Of a stretch of 64,000 nucleotides of DNA, positions 17,017-24,788 are shown one piece after another (the stretch's first letter is position 1; every line of letters begins with the position of its first letter). The DNA lies in IMG/VR virus record IMGVR_UViG_3300046796_000566; one strand, written 5' to 3'. Under the pieces are notes generated by a model. The model was given only the letters and a program-made list of their open reading frames with translations, was not told the DNA's origin and ran no database searches. Made by a program: the position numbers and the translations under genes. This stretch comes from an uncultured virus (IMG/VR IMGVR_UViG_3300046796_000566). Lineage: Duplodnaviria; Heunggongvirae; Uroviricota; Caudoviricetes.

Positions 17017-17202
17017 TTAGTGGCCGAGATTGATATCGGCTGCTGGTGTAGCGAAGCTCGGTTGGCCTTTCGGCCACCCCGCCCAGCTATTCGCCGGGAC
17101 TTCAGCCGGTTTCCTCCTTTCGGAGCCTTGGCAGCAACTCCGCTTTCGCGGGCGTTCCGGTCTGCACCAGCTGGCTTGACGTGTCCTTCCACGCCGCACT
17201 AA
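17017..17202 (-). ncRNA. tRNA-scaffolded structured ncRNA with a large insert in place of the anticodon arm
   Basis: TTAGTG/CACTAA closing stem; CGTG-GAAGGA-CACG D-like arm; GCCGA-TATCAATC-TCGGC T-like arm; GCTGGTG/CACCAGC stem enclosing three GAAA tetraloop hairpins. Confidence 0.7.
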
Positions 17203-17203
17203 A

Positions 17204-17275
17204 TACTGGGTAAGAGATTCGAACTCTTATTTGCCGGTTCCACAAACCGTCGCATCCCTGTCTGCCACCCCAGCC
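17204..17275 (-). tRNA. tRNA-His(GTG), A73
   Basis: Loop TTGTGGA; genomic G at -1; G7-A66 mismatch. Confidence 0.8.
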
Positions 17276-17445
17276 TATTTACCTGCTACACACCCATACC
17301 AGAATGCGGCCTTCACAAAGACTCCACCACGATCCCTGCAGCTGGCATCCTGATAGAGGAAGATCGCCAGTGGGACGACGATCACCGCAAGAAGCAGTAG
17401 AACTCTCAGCCAGTCGCGGACCTGATCGTAGATGTCGTACTTCAT
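17275..17445 (-). CDS. 56-aa single-pass membrane protein (not in ORF track)
   Basis: MKYDIYDQVRDWLRVLLLLAVIVVPLAIFLYQDASCRDRGGVFVKAAFWYGCVAGK; exactly fills the gap. Confidence 0.7.
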   Translation of the reverse strand: MKYDIYDQVRDWLRVLLLLAVIVVPLAIFLYQDASCRDRGGVFVKAAFWYGCVAGK

Positions 17446-17446
17446 A

Positions 17447-17519
17447 AGCTCTCGCCCGGGATCGAACCGGGTACCTCATCCTTACCAAGGATGCATTCTG
17501 CCAAATGAACTACGAGAGC
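17447..17519 (-). tRNA. tRNA-Thr(GGT)
   Basis: Loop TTGGTAA. Confidence 0.9.
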
Positions 17520-17523
17520 ACAT

Positions 17524-17600
17524 TGGGGGCTCTGGTCCGATTCGAACGGACTGATTCTCGGCTTATGAGACCGGTGAGCCGCCATTGCTCCATCAGTGCC
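17524..17600 (-). tRNA. tRNA-CAT (Met or Ile2), atypical, CCA encoded
   Basis: Loop CTCATAA; A-A mismatch in acceptor stem; C73. Confidence 0.75.
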
Positions 17601-17603
17601 AAA

Positions 17604-17676
17604 TAGCCGATCCCGGATTCGAACCGGGGACCTTTCCCTTATGAGAGGATTGCGCTTCCTGCTGCGCCAATCGGCC
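17604..17676 (-). tRNA. tRNA-Met(CAT), elongator-like
   Basis: Loop CTCATAA; lacks the initiator 3GC anticodon stem. Confidence 0.85.
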
Positions 17677-17722
17677 AAATCGGCTCCACTGCGAAGCAGT
17701 TAGCCGGTGAACGAAGTGAACA

Positions 17723-17795
17723 TAGTCCGGCCTGGGCTTGAACCAGGAACCTTCTCTTTATAAGAGAGCTGCTCCAACCATTGAGCTACCGGACC
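17723..17795 (-). tRNA. tRNA-Ile(TAT), rare in bacteria
   Basis: Loop CTTATAA; A73. Confidence 0.9.
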
Positions 17796-17801
17796 TCGGG
17801 A

Positions 17802-18053
17802 TCATTTCTGATCCAGATTCAAACCGAACGCTTTCCCGATCTTGACCAGGGCTCCGTTACCGGAGGCTCCGGAGGGTGTCTTATAGTGATCCGCCCACGT
17901 ACGCAACACCTGGACAGAAACACCATCCTTCACCATTCTCCGGAGCTTTCTCTCCGGATACCGCATTTCGTAGTATGCCGCGATCTTATGCTTGCGGCTG
18001 CCAGCAGACCGTGGCCTGCCCTTTTTCGATTCTTGAGGACCTTTGTTTGCCAT
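17802..18053 (-). CDS. Small basic protein within tRNA array
   Basis: 83 aa; AAAGGAG RBS upstream. Confidence 0.65.
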   Translation of the reverse strand: MANKGPQESKKGRPRSAGSRKHKIAAYYEMRYPERKLRRMVKDGVSVQVLRTWADHYKTPSGASGNGALVKIGKAFGLNLDQK

Positions 18054-18115
18054 TCATGCGCGGCTCCTTTAACCGCATCTACATGAATGGCATTTCAACT
18101 CCTTCGTTCTGCATA

Positions 18116-18187
18116 TGCTCCGTGAGGGACTTGAACCCCCGACTCTCCGGGTGTAGGCCGGAAACTCTGCCGCTGAGTTAACGGAGC
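18116..18187 (-). tRNA. tRNA-Val(TAC), C33
   Basis: TCCGG-CCTACAC-CCGGA; A73. Confidence 0.85.
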
Positions 18188-18191
18188 TCGC

Positions 18192-18263
18192 GACGGCTAC
18201 TCCGGAAGGCGCGGGCCGTTAGGCCTCAACCAACCGTTTCGCCGTCTCCTGTCGGCTTTCGCC
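18192..18263 (-). ncRNA. Structured element with GAAA/GAGUA (loop E / S-turn-like) internal loop
   Basis: GACGGC-GAAA-CGG...CCG-GAGTA-GCCGTC, preceded by GGC-GAAA-GCC hairpin. Confidence 0.5.
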
Positions 18264-18265
18264 AG

Positions 18266-18339
18266 TGGACGCTGCGGGGATCGAACCCGCTTTGGTCCGC
18301 ATTGCAAGTGCGGTGCTCTACCTTCAAAGCGTAGCGCCC
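18266..18339 (-). tRNA. tRNA-Ala(TGC), A8
   Basis: Loop CTTGCAA; G3-U70. Confidence 0.9.
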
Positions 18340-18385
18340 AGTCTCAAACCTGCCTGTTTCTCAAAGAACTCGATTGCGATAATCC

Positions 18386-18414
18386 ATTCTACGTTGGCTA
18401 GCAATCACTGTCAA
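18386..18414 (-). promoter_or_regulatory. Strong sigma70 promoter driving the tRNA array
   Basis: TTGACA-N17-TAGAAT. Confidence 0.8.
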
Positions 18415-18423
18415 GTATCTTTT

Positions 18424-18624
18424 TCACTTTTCCTCAAAAACTTCAGCCACGACCAGGTCGTAACTGACATTCCATAGACCGTTATCAACCAGGACATGAA
18501 ACCCATCGTCCTGGATGATCTTCCCACGAGATTCGGTGAGCCACTGCCTGGCAGCCTCCTGTGAGGCACAAACGGCATCTGGCCCTCCATGAGGTCCGGA
18601 GTATGTGACGAGGATGACTTGCAT
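18424..18624 (-). CDS. Hypothetical protein, leaderless
   Basis: 66 aa; TTGACC-N17-TAAGCT (18631-18659) lies 6 nt upstream of ATG. Confidence 0.6.
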   Translation of the reverse strand: MQVILVTYSGPHGGPDAVCASQEAARQWLTESRGKIIQDDGFHVLVDNGLWNVSYDLVVAEVFEEK

Positions 18625-19213
18625 GGGAAAAGCTTAGCGTGATTGGGAGGAACGGTCAAGATGAGAAAAAGTTTTGGCTGGAACGTGGGGGCAACGAGCA
18701 TCTGGAGACCCGCCCCTGGCCCCCTCAGACAATGTACGTGCCAGCTAGTATCCGTTCAAGCCAGTCCTTGGTCGCGCCCATCCCGCTTGCGGGCAGATAC
18801 AAGAGAAAGTCTAGGGAACTGAGCAAGGGGAACGTGTGCGCTCGCATTCGCTCGCTCCTCGCTCCTCGCTCGCTCGTCTCTGGGCTTGTACTCGCGCTCC
18901 GCGCTTTCAATGTCCGATGCATATTCCACGCGTTCACAGGCAGCGCTACGTGTGTTCACACTGCGCTATGGCCTATGGCATGTGGAGTGGGAATTCCCTT
19001 GTTGTATACCCTGCTTTCGCGCTTGTCCGCCTATCTCATTGACACCATGGCGAAGATACCACTTGACACGTTTTGTCATTCTCATGACATTCTGTGTCAA
19101 TTGCCTAGCTCTAACCTGGTCAATAACTTACGCGCTTTCAGACACTTATCGTTCCATGGCTAAGACAAGAAATTGTCACTCTCCCTGTGCTGGCCTTGCT
19201 CATTTCCCTTTAG

Positions 19214-19247
19214 AATCAATTACATAGCCTTTGGATACATGCTTGCA
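19214..19247 (+). promoter_or_regulatory. Candidate sigma54 (-24/-12) promoter with IHF-like site
   Basis: TTGGATACATGCTTGCA (GG-N10-GC) at 19231-19247; AATCAAttacATA just upstream. Confidence 0.45.
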
Positions 19248-19254
19248 CATAGGG

Positions 19255-19725
19255 ATTGCGAGTAGGGACCACAACATGGCGTACAACCGGATGTAGCGGT
19301 TGCGCTGAGGAGCTCGGGATTGTTCCGAGTGTTACCAGTGCCATAGTCGGTTGGGCTACAAGGCTAGAGTTTGACCCCGGTTACATGGTGAGTGGGTCGT
19401 GCCGAAGCAAGGTATCCGATTGTGCGCCGTGAGAGATATCCCCCGGAAATGGACATGATGTAACAGCTTGGGGCAATGGTAGCGGACTAAGTCGGTTAAC
19501 AGCATGGAACGTCCGTTTGTATGGTGTTCCCCGGTGCTGGCCAAAAACGCTGGAATGTACGTTGTTCCGCCCGTCCCGAACACGGACAGGTCACTACGCA
19601 GCTGTAACGTGACAGTACAGGTAAAACGCAGTGAGTCCCCTAAATCTCCCCCGCGCTTGCTTGGCAGTACCTGAGAACTGGAAGCGTAAAGCCGCTCGCA
19701 TCGGCTAAGCGCGGATGATCGCACA
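19255..19725 (+). ncRNA. Candidate ~470-nt structured ncRNA or leader RNA
   Basis: No plus-strand ORF; long-range pairings TAGGGACCAC/GTGAGTCCCCTA and CCGCGCTT/AAGCGCGG; many hairpins. Confidence 0.55.
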
Positions 19726-19740
19726 ATGGAGAAAACAACA

Positions 19741-19983
19741 ATGCAATTAAGAAGCTTGTCCACAATCGCACAAGAGGTTCGAAAGACATGGCCGAAGGTT
19801 TACTTCGGTGCTGTCCCTTACCTTGACGCCATGGGCTCTTTGAACAGCATCGAAGATAACTACTACGCGGATTCTGCGCGTGAGGTTGTCTTGTATTTCC
19901 TCGCCAATGCCAATACGTGGCGTGGCGAGGATGCCCGACGCATCAAGGCAGAGCTCAAGAGCATTCTGGGAGGTGGTAAATGA
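19741..19983 (+). CDS. Conserved-looking early phage protein
   Basis: GAVPYLDAM...VLYFLANANTWRGEDARRIKAELK; GGAG RBS. Confidence 0.8.
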   Translation: MQLRSLSTIAQEVRKTWPKVYFGAVPYLDAMGSLNSIEDNYYADSAREVVLYFLANANTWRGEDARRIKAELKSILGGGK

Positions 19984-20144
19984 GTTACCACAGTGACCTG
20001 ATGTTCCACGACCTGTATCCGGATGGGCCCGAATTCAATGATACTCACGACGATAACGACAGGATTCCGCCCGATGACGACGAGTATGTCGACAACGACA
20101 TCTTCGAAGCCCACTTCGACATGGAACCGCCCAAGCAAAAGTAA
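19980..20144 (+). CDS. 54-aa highly acidic early protein (not in track)
   Basis: MSYHSDLMFHDLYPDGPEFNDTHDDNDRIPPDDDEYVDNDIFEAHFDMEPPKQK; 17 D/E. Confidence 0.65.
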   Translation: MSYHSDLMFHDLYPDGPEFNDTHDDNDRIPPDDDEYVDNDIFEAHFDMEPPKQK

Positions 20145-20148
20145 CACC

Positions 20149-20180
20149 GGTCCTGCAAGGTTTCATCGCCTTGCAGGGCA
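20149..20180 (+). terminator. Stem-loop (terminator or processing site)
   Basis: GTCCTGCAAGG / CCTTGCAGGGC; weak U-tract. Confidence 0.5.
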
Positions 20181-20216
20181 TTGTCCGCTAGTCCACTTCA
20201 ATAGGAGATAACAACA

Positions 20217-20318
20217 ATGAAAGACGCTAAAGACGACGGTGTCTTAGACGCCATGGATATCGCGCTTGCATCCGAAATGCACTCCGAGCCTTTGGAGGAT
20301 GAAACCGATGAAGCGTAA
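20217..20318 (+). CDS. 33-aa acidic early peptide
   Basis: AGGAGATAACAACA-ATG; MKDAKDDGVLDAMDIALASEMHSEPLEDETDEA. Confidence 0.55.
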   Translation: MKDAKDDGVLDAMDIALASEMHSEPLEDETDEA

Positions 20319-20625
20319 AGAGCCCATCGCGCCCAAAGTTCACCTTGTGGCCGGTCTTACTGTAATCGCCGGTCACTATGTCCGTGCGGCAGAAATCGCA
20401 GAGGTTTTCATCTTCCTCACGGACACGTTCCATCACGTCCGCAAACTATTCGGAGGCCTCGTATGAATCCATACGCTGCCTTGCTCGAAGGTTTAATCGA
20501 GCTCGCCCTATCGTTCCTGATCGCATGGAAGTTCGGCATCCGCCGATAACTCCCCGGGCCGCACGGTCTCATAGTACACCGTGCGGGCCCATGACCGTGA
20601 CCCTAAATCAAAAGGAGACAACAAC

Positions 20626-20817
20626 ATGCGAAGTACAAAACACCTGGATCGCGTGATTTTTGAAAACACGCGTGCCATTGTCGAATTGGACAACGAAGAC
20701 CGGATGATTGACGCGGAAGAAGAGACCCCTCGCACACGCGAAATTATGCGGGAAAGACAACAAGCGCTCGCTGCCATCCGAGCCGCTCTAATTGACCTGA
20801 AAGCCGGTGGCCGATGA
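20626..20817 (+). CDS. Early hypothetical protein
   Basis: AAAGGAGACAACAAC-ATG RBS. Confidence 0.7.
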   Translation: MRSTKHLDRVIFENTRAIVELDNEDRMIDAEEETPRTREIMRERQQALAAIRAALIDLKAGGR

Positions 20818-20956
20818 CCGAGCATATCACCCCAGACGAGCAACAAGCGCTCGCCGACTATATCCGGCAACATCCGCTCCACTCCGATATCGACGAGAAA
20901 GCATTCGAAGAAGAGTATAGCGGGTTCTACAAGGGCATCTAACACAAGGAGACACC

Positions 20957-21153
20957 ATGAAAGACGCCGTATTGAACATTGCCACCGGCATTGTTGCTGC
21001 CATTCTGGCAGCGCTCTACCTGCTGGCCATTGTCTACATCCGAACACAGTAAAGGAGACACCCATGACACGTGAGACATGGAAGACCGTCTGCACGGCAG
21101 CAATAGCGGCATTGTGCTATTCCCTGCTGCTGGTGAGCCTGAGATTCATTTGA
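20957..21153 (+). CDS. Two consecutive ~30-aa single-TM peptides (20957-21052 and 21064-21153)
   Basis: Each has an AAGGAGACAC RBS; MKDAVLNIATGIVAAILAALYLLAIVYIRTQ and MTRETWKTVCTAAIAALCYSLLLVSLRFI. Confidence 0.55.
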
Positions 21154-21177
21154 CGTATACGTACAAGCGCGTATAAT
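21150..21177 (+). promoter_or_regulatory. Sigma70 promoter with operator-like spacer
   Basis: TTGACG-N16-TATAAT; spacer nearly identical to that at 22681. Confidence 0.65.
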
Positions 21178-21194
21178 ATCTGAAAGGAGACACT

Positions 21195-21395
21195 ATGAAA
21201 GAAAACACACACAAGTGGTACCGGGTCCGATGGGAAACCGATGAGTATGCAAGCAGTCCCCAGCATGCTGCCAAGCTTGCAAGAGCCGACCAACGGAGAC
21301 GAGGCAGCATCGCCACAGTCTTTACCGTGAGTCCGAAAGACGACAACTTTGCATCCGAGGAAACGACCGTCGATTTAAGCGAGGAGACACTATGA
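21195..21395 (+). CDS. Early hypothetical protein
   Basis: Strong RBS; 66 aa. Confidence 0.7.
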   Translation: MKENTHKWYRVRWETDEYASSPQHAAKLARADQRRRGSIATVFTVSPKDDNFASEETTVDLSEETL

Positions 21396-21665
21396 AACGA
21401 ACCATGAAAACATTCGAATTGTTCTGGGGCCCCACTGGCCGGGCCTTTGCGCTGGTATCGGCGACGACAGTGCTCGCAGCAAAACGCAAGGCCCCACGGC
21501 CATGGGGCAGGTATCAAGGTGAAATCTATGCGAAGGAGGTAAAAGCATGACAAAAACAGAACTGATCCGAGCCCTGGCAGCCCTGCTTGAAAAGCATCAA
21601 GGCTGCCATCCGACCAACTGCAAGATCTTTTATGAGCTCCGACAGCTGGTAGAAAGGGAAACACC

Positions 21666-22301
21666 ATGACAAAAACACAAGCGATTGAAATCGCTGGAAC
21701 GCTCTCCGAGCCATCGAAGATGCCCGCCTATTCCTATGGCTTACCCGCGCAGGAATGCATCACCGGCAGCAAGCTGGTATCGGTGCCCGGCAGTGTCTGC
21801 CATGACTGCTACGCCCTGAAAGGCAACTATAAACGCTGGGCCCGTACCATTATGCCCGCGCAGTATAAACGACTCGATAGCATCACAGATCCAAACTGGG
21901 TTGAAGCCATGGTCACACTGATCGGAAAGAATCCGAAAACACCCTATTTCCGATGGCACGATAGCGGCGATATCCAATCAGTGGACCATTTGAAAAAGAT
22001 CGCCAACGTCGCATGGCAGCTGCCAGACGTGCATTTCTGGTTGCCCACGCGTGAGTATGCCATCGTGCGGGAATTCATGGCCAAAAACCTGGTTCCTGAC
22101 AATCTGACAATTCGATTGTCCGCGCACATGGTCGATGGGCCCGTGCCATCGATCAATGGACTGCCGACGAGCTCTGTATTCACAGACAACGTGCCATCTG
22201 GCGCATGGGAATGTCCGAGCCGGTATCAAGACAATGCATGCGGAGACTGCCGCGCATGCTGGAATCCGAAAGTCGAACAAGTCAGCTACCACAAACACTA
22301 A
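21666..22301 (+). CDS. Gp88-like (radical-SAM-related) phage protein
   Basis: PSKMP, CITGSKL, CHDCYA, YFRWHDSGD, FWLPTRE, CGDCRACW. Confidence 0.85.
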   Translation: MTKTQAIEIAGTLSEPSKMPAYSYGLPAQECITGSKLVSVPGSVCHDCYALKGNYKRWARTIMPAQYKRLDSITDPNWVEAMVTLIGKNPKTPYFRWHDSGDIQSVDHLKKIANVAWQLPDVHFWLPTREYAIVREFMAKNLVPDNLTIRLSAHMVDGPVPSINGLPTSSVFTDNVPSGAWECPSRYQDNACGDCRACWNPKVEQVSYHKH

Positions 22302-22310
22302 GGAGACAAC

Positions 22311-22499
22311 ATGGAAAGCAAAGCAAGAATCCGCGAAGAAGCGCGCCGTGATGGCGTCAAAGCATTGATGCTCGTGAATCACATCGCAAACATGCTCGAC
22401 GGCACAGAATGGAACGCAGACACCTGCAATACCATCGCAGAGCTGCTACGCGATAACGGATTCACCATTGGCGAGCCCAGGGAGGAGACAGAACAATGA
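22311..22499 (+). CDS. Early hypothetical protein
   Basis: RBS; LDGTEWNADT motif. Confidence 0.7.
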   Translation: MESKARIREEARRDGVKALMLVNHIANMLDGTEWNADTCNTIAELLRDNGFTIGEPREETEQ

Positions 22500-22684
22500 A
22501 AGAAGCAAAAAGCAAATACGGCATCTGTTACAACTGCTCCGCTGGAACTATTGGCAATAGCGGAAGCGGGTTTCAACAATGCGAGGATGGCTCCAGCTGG
22601 CACTGCCGCTATTGCGGCTCTGAACAGGTGGAAGTTAAAGACAAGGCTGGCAACATCATTGCCAGTCAGATCCAAGAGGATTGA
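22496..22684 (+). CDS. Small zinc-ribbon protein
   Basis: CYNC and CRYCGS. Confidence 0.65.
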   Translation: MKEAKSKYGICYNCSAGTIGNSGSGFQQCEDGSSWHCRYCGSEQVEVKDKAGNIIASQIQED

Positions 22685-22708
22685 CATATACGTACTAGCG
22701 CGTATGAT
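22681..22708 (+). promoter_or_regulatory. Sigma70 promoter with operator-like spacer
   Basis: TTGACA-TATACGTACTAGCGCG-TATGAT. Confidence 0.65.
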
Positions 22709-22721
22709 AGGAGGTGAGACT

Positions 22722-22967
22722 ATGACAAAGTCCAGCAAACCCGTGACCCGCCTAGTGGAAGTAGCCATGGTCCGCGACCGAGGTAAAGTCCGATCACTGG
22801 CCGCGACCATCTATCCCAACGGTACCATCGGTGTGCGCCCCTATGGCACACGCCGTGAGGAAGTCACCACACTGGCATCGGTGTATTCACTGGCCATCAA
22901 GCAGCGCGTGGCCGAGGAACGAAAGACCAAAGCTGCTGCAAAAACCAAAAGGAGAAAACAGTTATGA
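22722..22967 (+). CDS. Basic early protein
   Basis: AGGAGG RBS; start MTKSSKPVTR. Confidence 0.7.
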   Translation: MTKSSKPVTRLVEVAMVRDRGKVRSLAATIYPNGTIGVRPYGTRREEVTTLASVYSLAIKQRVAEERKTKAAAKTKRRKQL

Positions 22968-23779
22968 GATTTGCAAATTCCGCACTGAGCCTAGACCAAG
23001 TCCGAGCCGCAGCACCATCGGCTTTCGCGACAAGACCATACGAGAAAATGTCGCCGAAATATACATTCCTGCCAACTGAAGCTGCCATTAACGCCATGAT
23101 CGCCAACGGATTCGAGCCCTATGAGGCATCCGAATCCCGGACGCGCATCGAAGGCAAGAAAGGCTTTACCAAGCACCTGATTCGCTTTCGCCAGACCAAT
23201 GTCGAGCTCGCTCTGGGAGAAGCATTCCCGGAGCTGCTGCTGCTCAATGGCCATGATGGGTCCACGCAGTGGAAAATGATGGCCGGATTCTTCAAGGTGG
23301 CCTGCACCAATGGCCTGATCGTGGCCGAATCCATGATCGAAGCCATCAGCATCCGCCATTCAGGCAATGTCGCCGAGGATGTGGTCCGAGGCACACTGTC
23401 GTTGACGGAGAAGCTGCCTGCTGCCATCGATGCCATTGGGCGATGGAAACAGCTGGAGCTGTCCAATCCCGAGCAGAAGCTGTTTGCCGAAGCCGTTCGC
23501 AACTACCGTTGGCAGGATGTCGACGGCAAGCCGAACGAGACCGTGAAGGTGGAGCAGCTGCTGGAGCCTCGCCGAGCCATCGATGCCAACCCGGACCTGT
23601 GGAGCGTGTATAACCGCGTGCAGGAGAATGCCACCCAGGGTGGATTGACAGCCGTGGCCACCAATGGACGGCGGTCCACCACACGCCGCATCAAGAGCAT
23701 CGATGCGGATGTGAAACTTAACCGGGCAATGTGGCATCTGGCCGAAGGCTTTGAAAAACTCAAGACCGCTGCCGCATAA
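22964..23779 (+). CDS. DUF932/DUF945 family protein
   Basis: KHLIRFR, PELLLLNGHDGS, AGFFKVACTNGL, DLWSVYNRVQEN. Confidence 0.9.
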   Translation: MRFANSALSLDQVRAAAPSAFATRPYEKMSPKYTFLPTEAAINAMIANGFEPYEASESRTRIEGKKGFTKHLIRFRQTNVELALGEAFPELLLLNGHDGSTQWKMMAGFFKVACTNGLIVAESMIEAISIRHSGNVAEDVVRGTLSLTEKLPAAIDAIGRWKQLELSNPEQKLFAEAVRNYRWQDVDGKPNETVKVEQLLEPRRAIDANPDLWSVYNRVQENATQGGLTAVATNGRRSTTRRIKSIDADVKLNRAMWHLAEGFEKLKTAAA

Positions 23780-23785
23780 ACAAAT

Positions 23786-23826
23786 ATGCCTGCCGGTATT
23801 GACTTCTACTGGCAGGCACGTATAAA
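23786..23826 (+). promoter_or_regulatory. Inverted repeat overlapping a sigma70 promoter
   Basis: TGCCTGCCGGTA / TACTGGCAGGCA flanking TTGACT; TATAAA -10. Confidence 0.55.
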
Positions 23827-23837
23827 GGAGAAAACAA

Positions 23838-24152
23838 ATGACTGAAGAATATCTCTATCGATCACTAAAAGAAGCTGGAGTTCCCGAACATGATCATGGC
23901 GGAATTGTCCGCTATGTCCTCCATGGCATCGAGCCCGGAGGATTCCTGACTGCCGTGATTACAAACAACCTAAAAGAATCCATGGGTAAAGCGGATCTTG
24001 AAAACCGCCGGGCCCTGTTCAACATTGTCAGCTGGTTCTATAACCATGCGCCAGCCGACTGTTGGGGGAGCGCAGCCAGGATGTCCGCATGGATCATTGC
24101 CAGACGAGGTCTCGATGGTGTGAAGGAGGTGAGCACGCATGTCGATAGCTGA
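23838..24152 (+). CDS. Conserved-looking phage hypothetical protein
   Basis: PGGFLTAVITNNL and APADCWGS motifs; RBS. Confidence 0.8.
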   Translation: MTEEYLYRSLKEAGVPEHDHGGIVRYVLHGIEPGGFLTAVITNNLKESMGKADLENRRALFNIVSWFYNHAPADCWGSAARMSAWIIARRGLDGVKEVSTHVDS

Positions 24153-24354
24153 AGCCAAGACACTCGAACGCGAACGGCTGGAAGCCATCTATGGCAAAGG
24201 CAATGTCTGGGATACCACCGAGGCCACGGAAGCATTCACGTTTCGAAGCTTCCTTGCGCCATTTGCCATTGTGGTTCGCAAGTCCGACGGAGCTCCAGGA
24301 ATTCTGGAGTTCCAACACAGTCCACGATTCTATTTCGATTTCACGAAAGACTAG
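24139..24354 (+). CDS. Hypothetical protein
   Basis: FLAPF...GILEFQHSPRFYF; AGGAGG RBS. Confidence 0.75.
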   Translation: MSIAEAKTLERERLEAIYGKGNVWDTTEATEAFTFRSFLAPFAIVVRKSDGAPGILEFQHSPRFYFDFTKD

Positions 24355-24374
24355 TTTCAAAGGAGAAAACAGAA

Positions 24375-24788
24375 ATGAGTGAGAATAAAAACGACAGGCT
24401 GAACGTCCAACTGCTGGCTCTGACGGTGCTGGCGACCCACATCGCACTTCAGGTCCAACGGAAGCAATTCGTTCCCAACAGCGACAATGCAGTCCAAATC
24501 CGAATCGAGAAGTATCAGACCGAACCCCTGTACGGGCTGCTCGAAGACTTAATCGAGCAGGTCAAAGCCGCCAATACCGGCATCGACGATGCCTCACTGG
24601 CCAAGGCCGAGTTCCTGGTGCAAGCCGGGCTCCATGGCAAGACGGACAAGGCCACATGGGAACGCGCCAACGCGGATATATCGCCAGATACCATCGCCAG
24701 CATCCTTGCTCGTGCATCGCATCTGGCCAATCAGCGTCCCTCTCCGAAGATCGGGTTCACGGCGAATCCCGATGTCTCAACGAACTGA
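24375..24788 (+). CDS. Hypothetical protein
   Basis: 137 aa; strong RBS. Confidence 0.7.
   Translation: MSENKNDRLNVQLLALTVLATHIALQVQRKQFVPNSDNAVQIRIEKYQTEPLYGLLEDLIEQVKAANTGIDDASLAKAEFLVQAGLHGKTDKATWERANADISPDTIASILARASHLANQRPSPKIGFTANPDVSTN

Noticed and set aside
17017..17202. tmRNA or hammerhead reading of this element
   Set aside because: There is no G3-U70 acceptor or tag ORF, and CTGAAGT and GAAA are not arranged as a hammerhead core.
18116..18187. Amber suppressor tRNA (CTA in the loop)
   Set aside because: The 5-bp stem gives loop CCTACAC with TAC centred, i.e. Val; TAG is used as a normal stop in this genome.
14186..18477. Many ORF-track entries overlapping the tRNA array
   Set aside because: They are spurious translations of tRNA genes; only gap-filling ORFs were kept.
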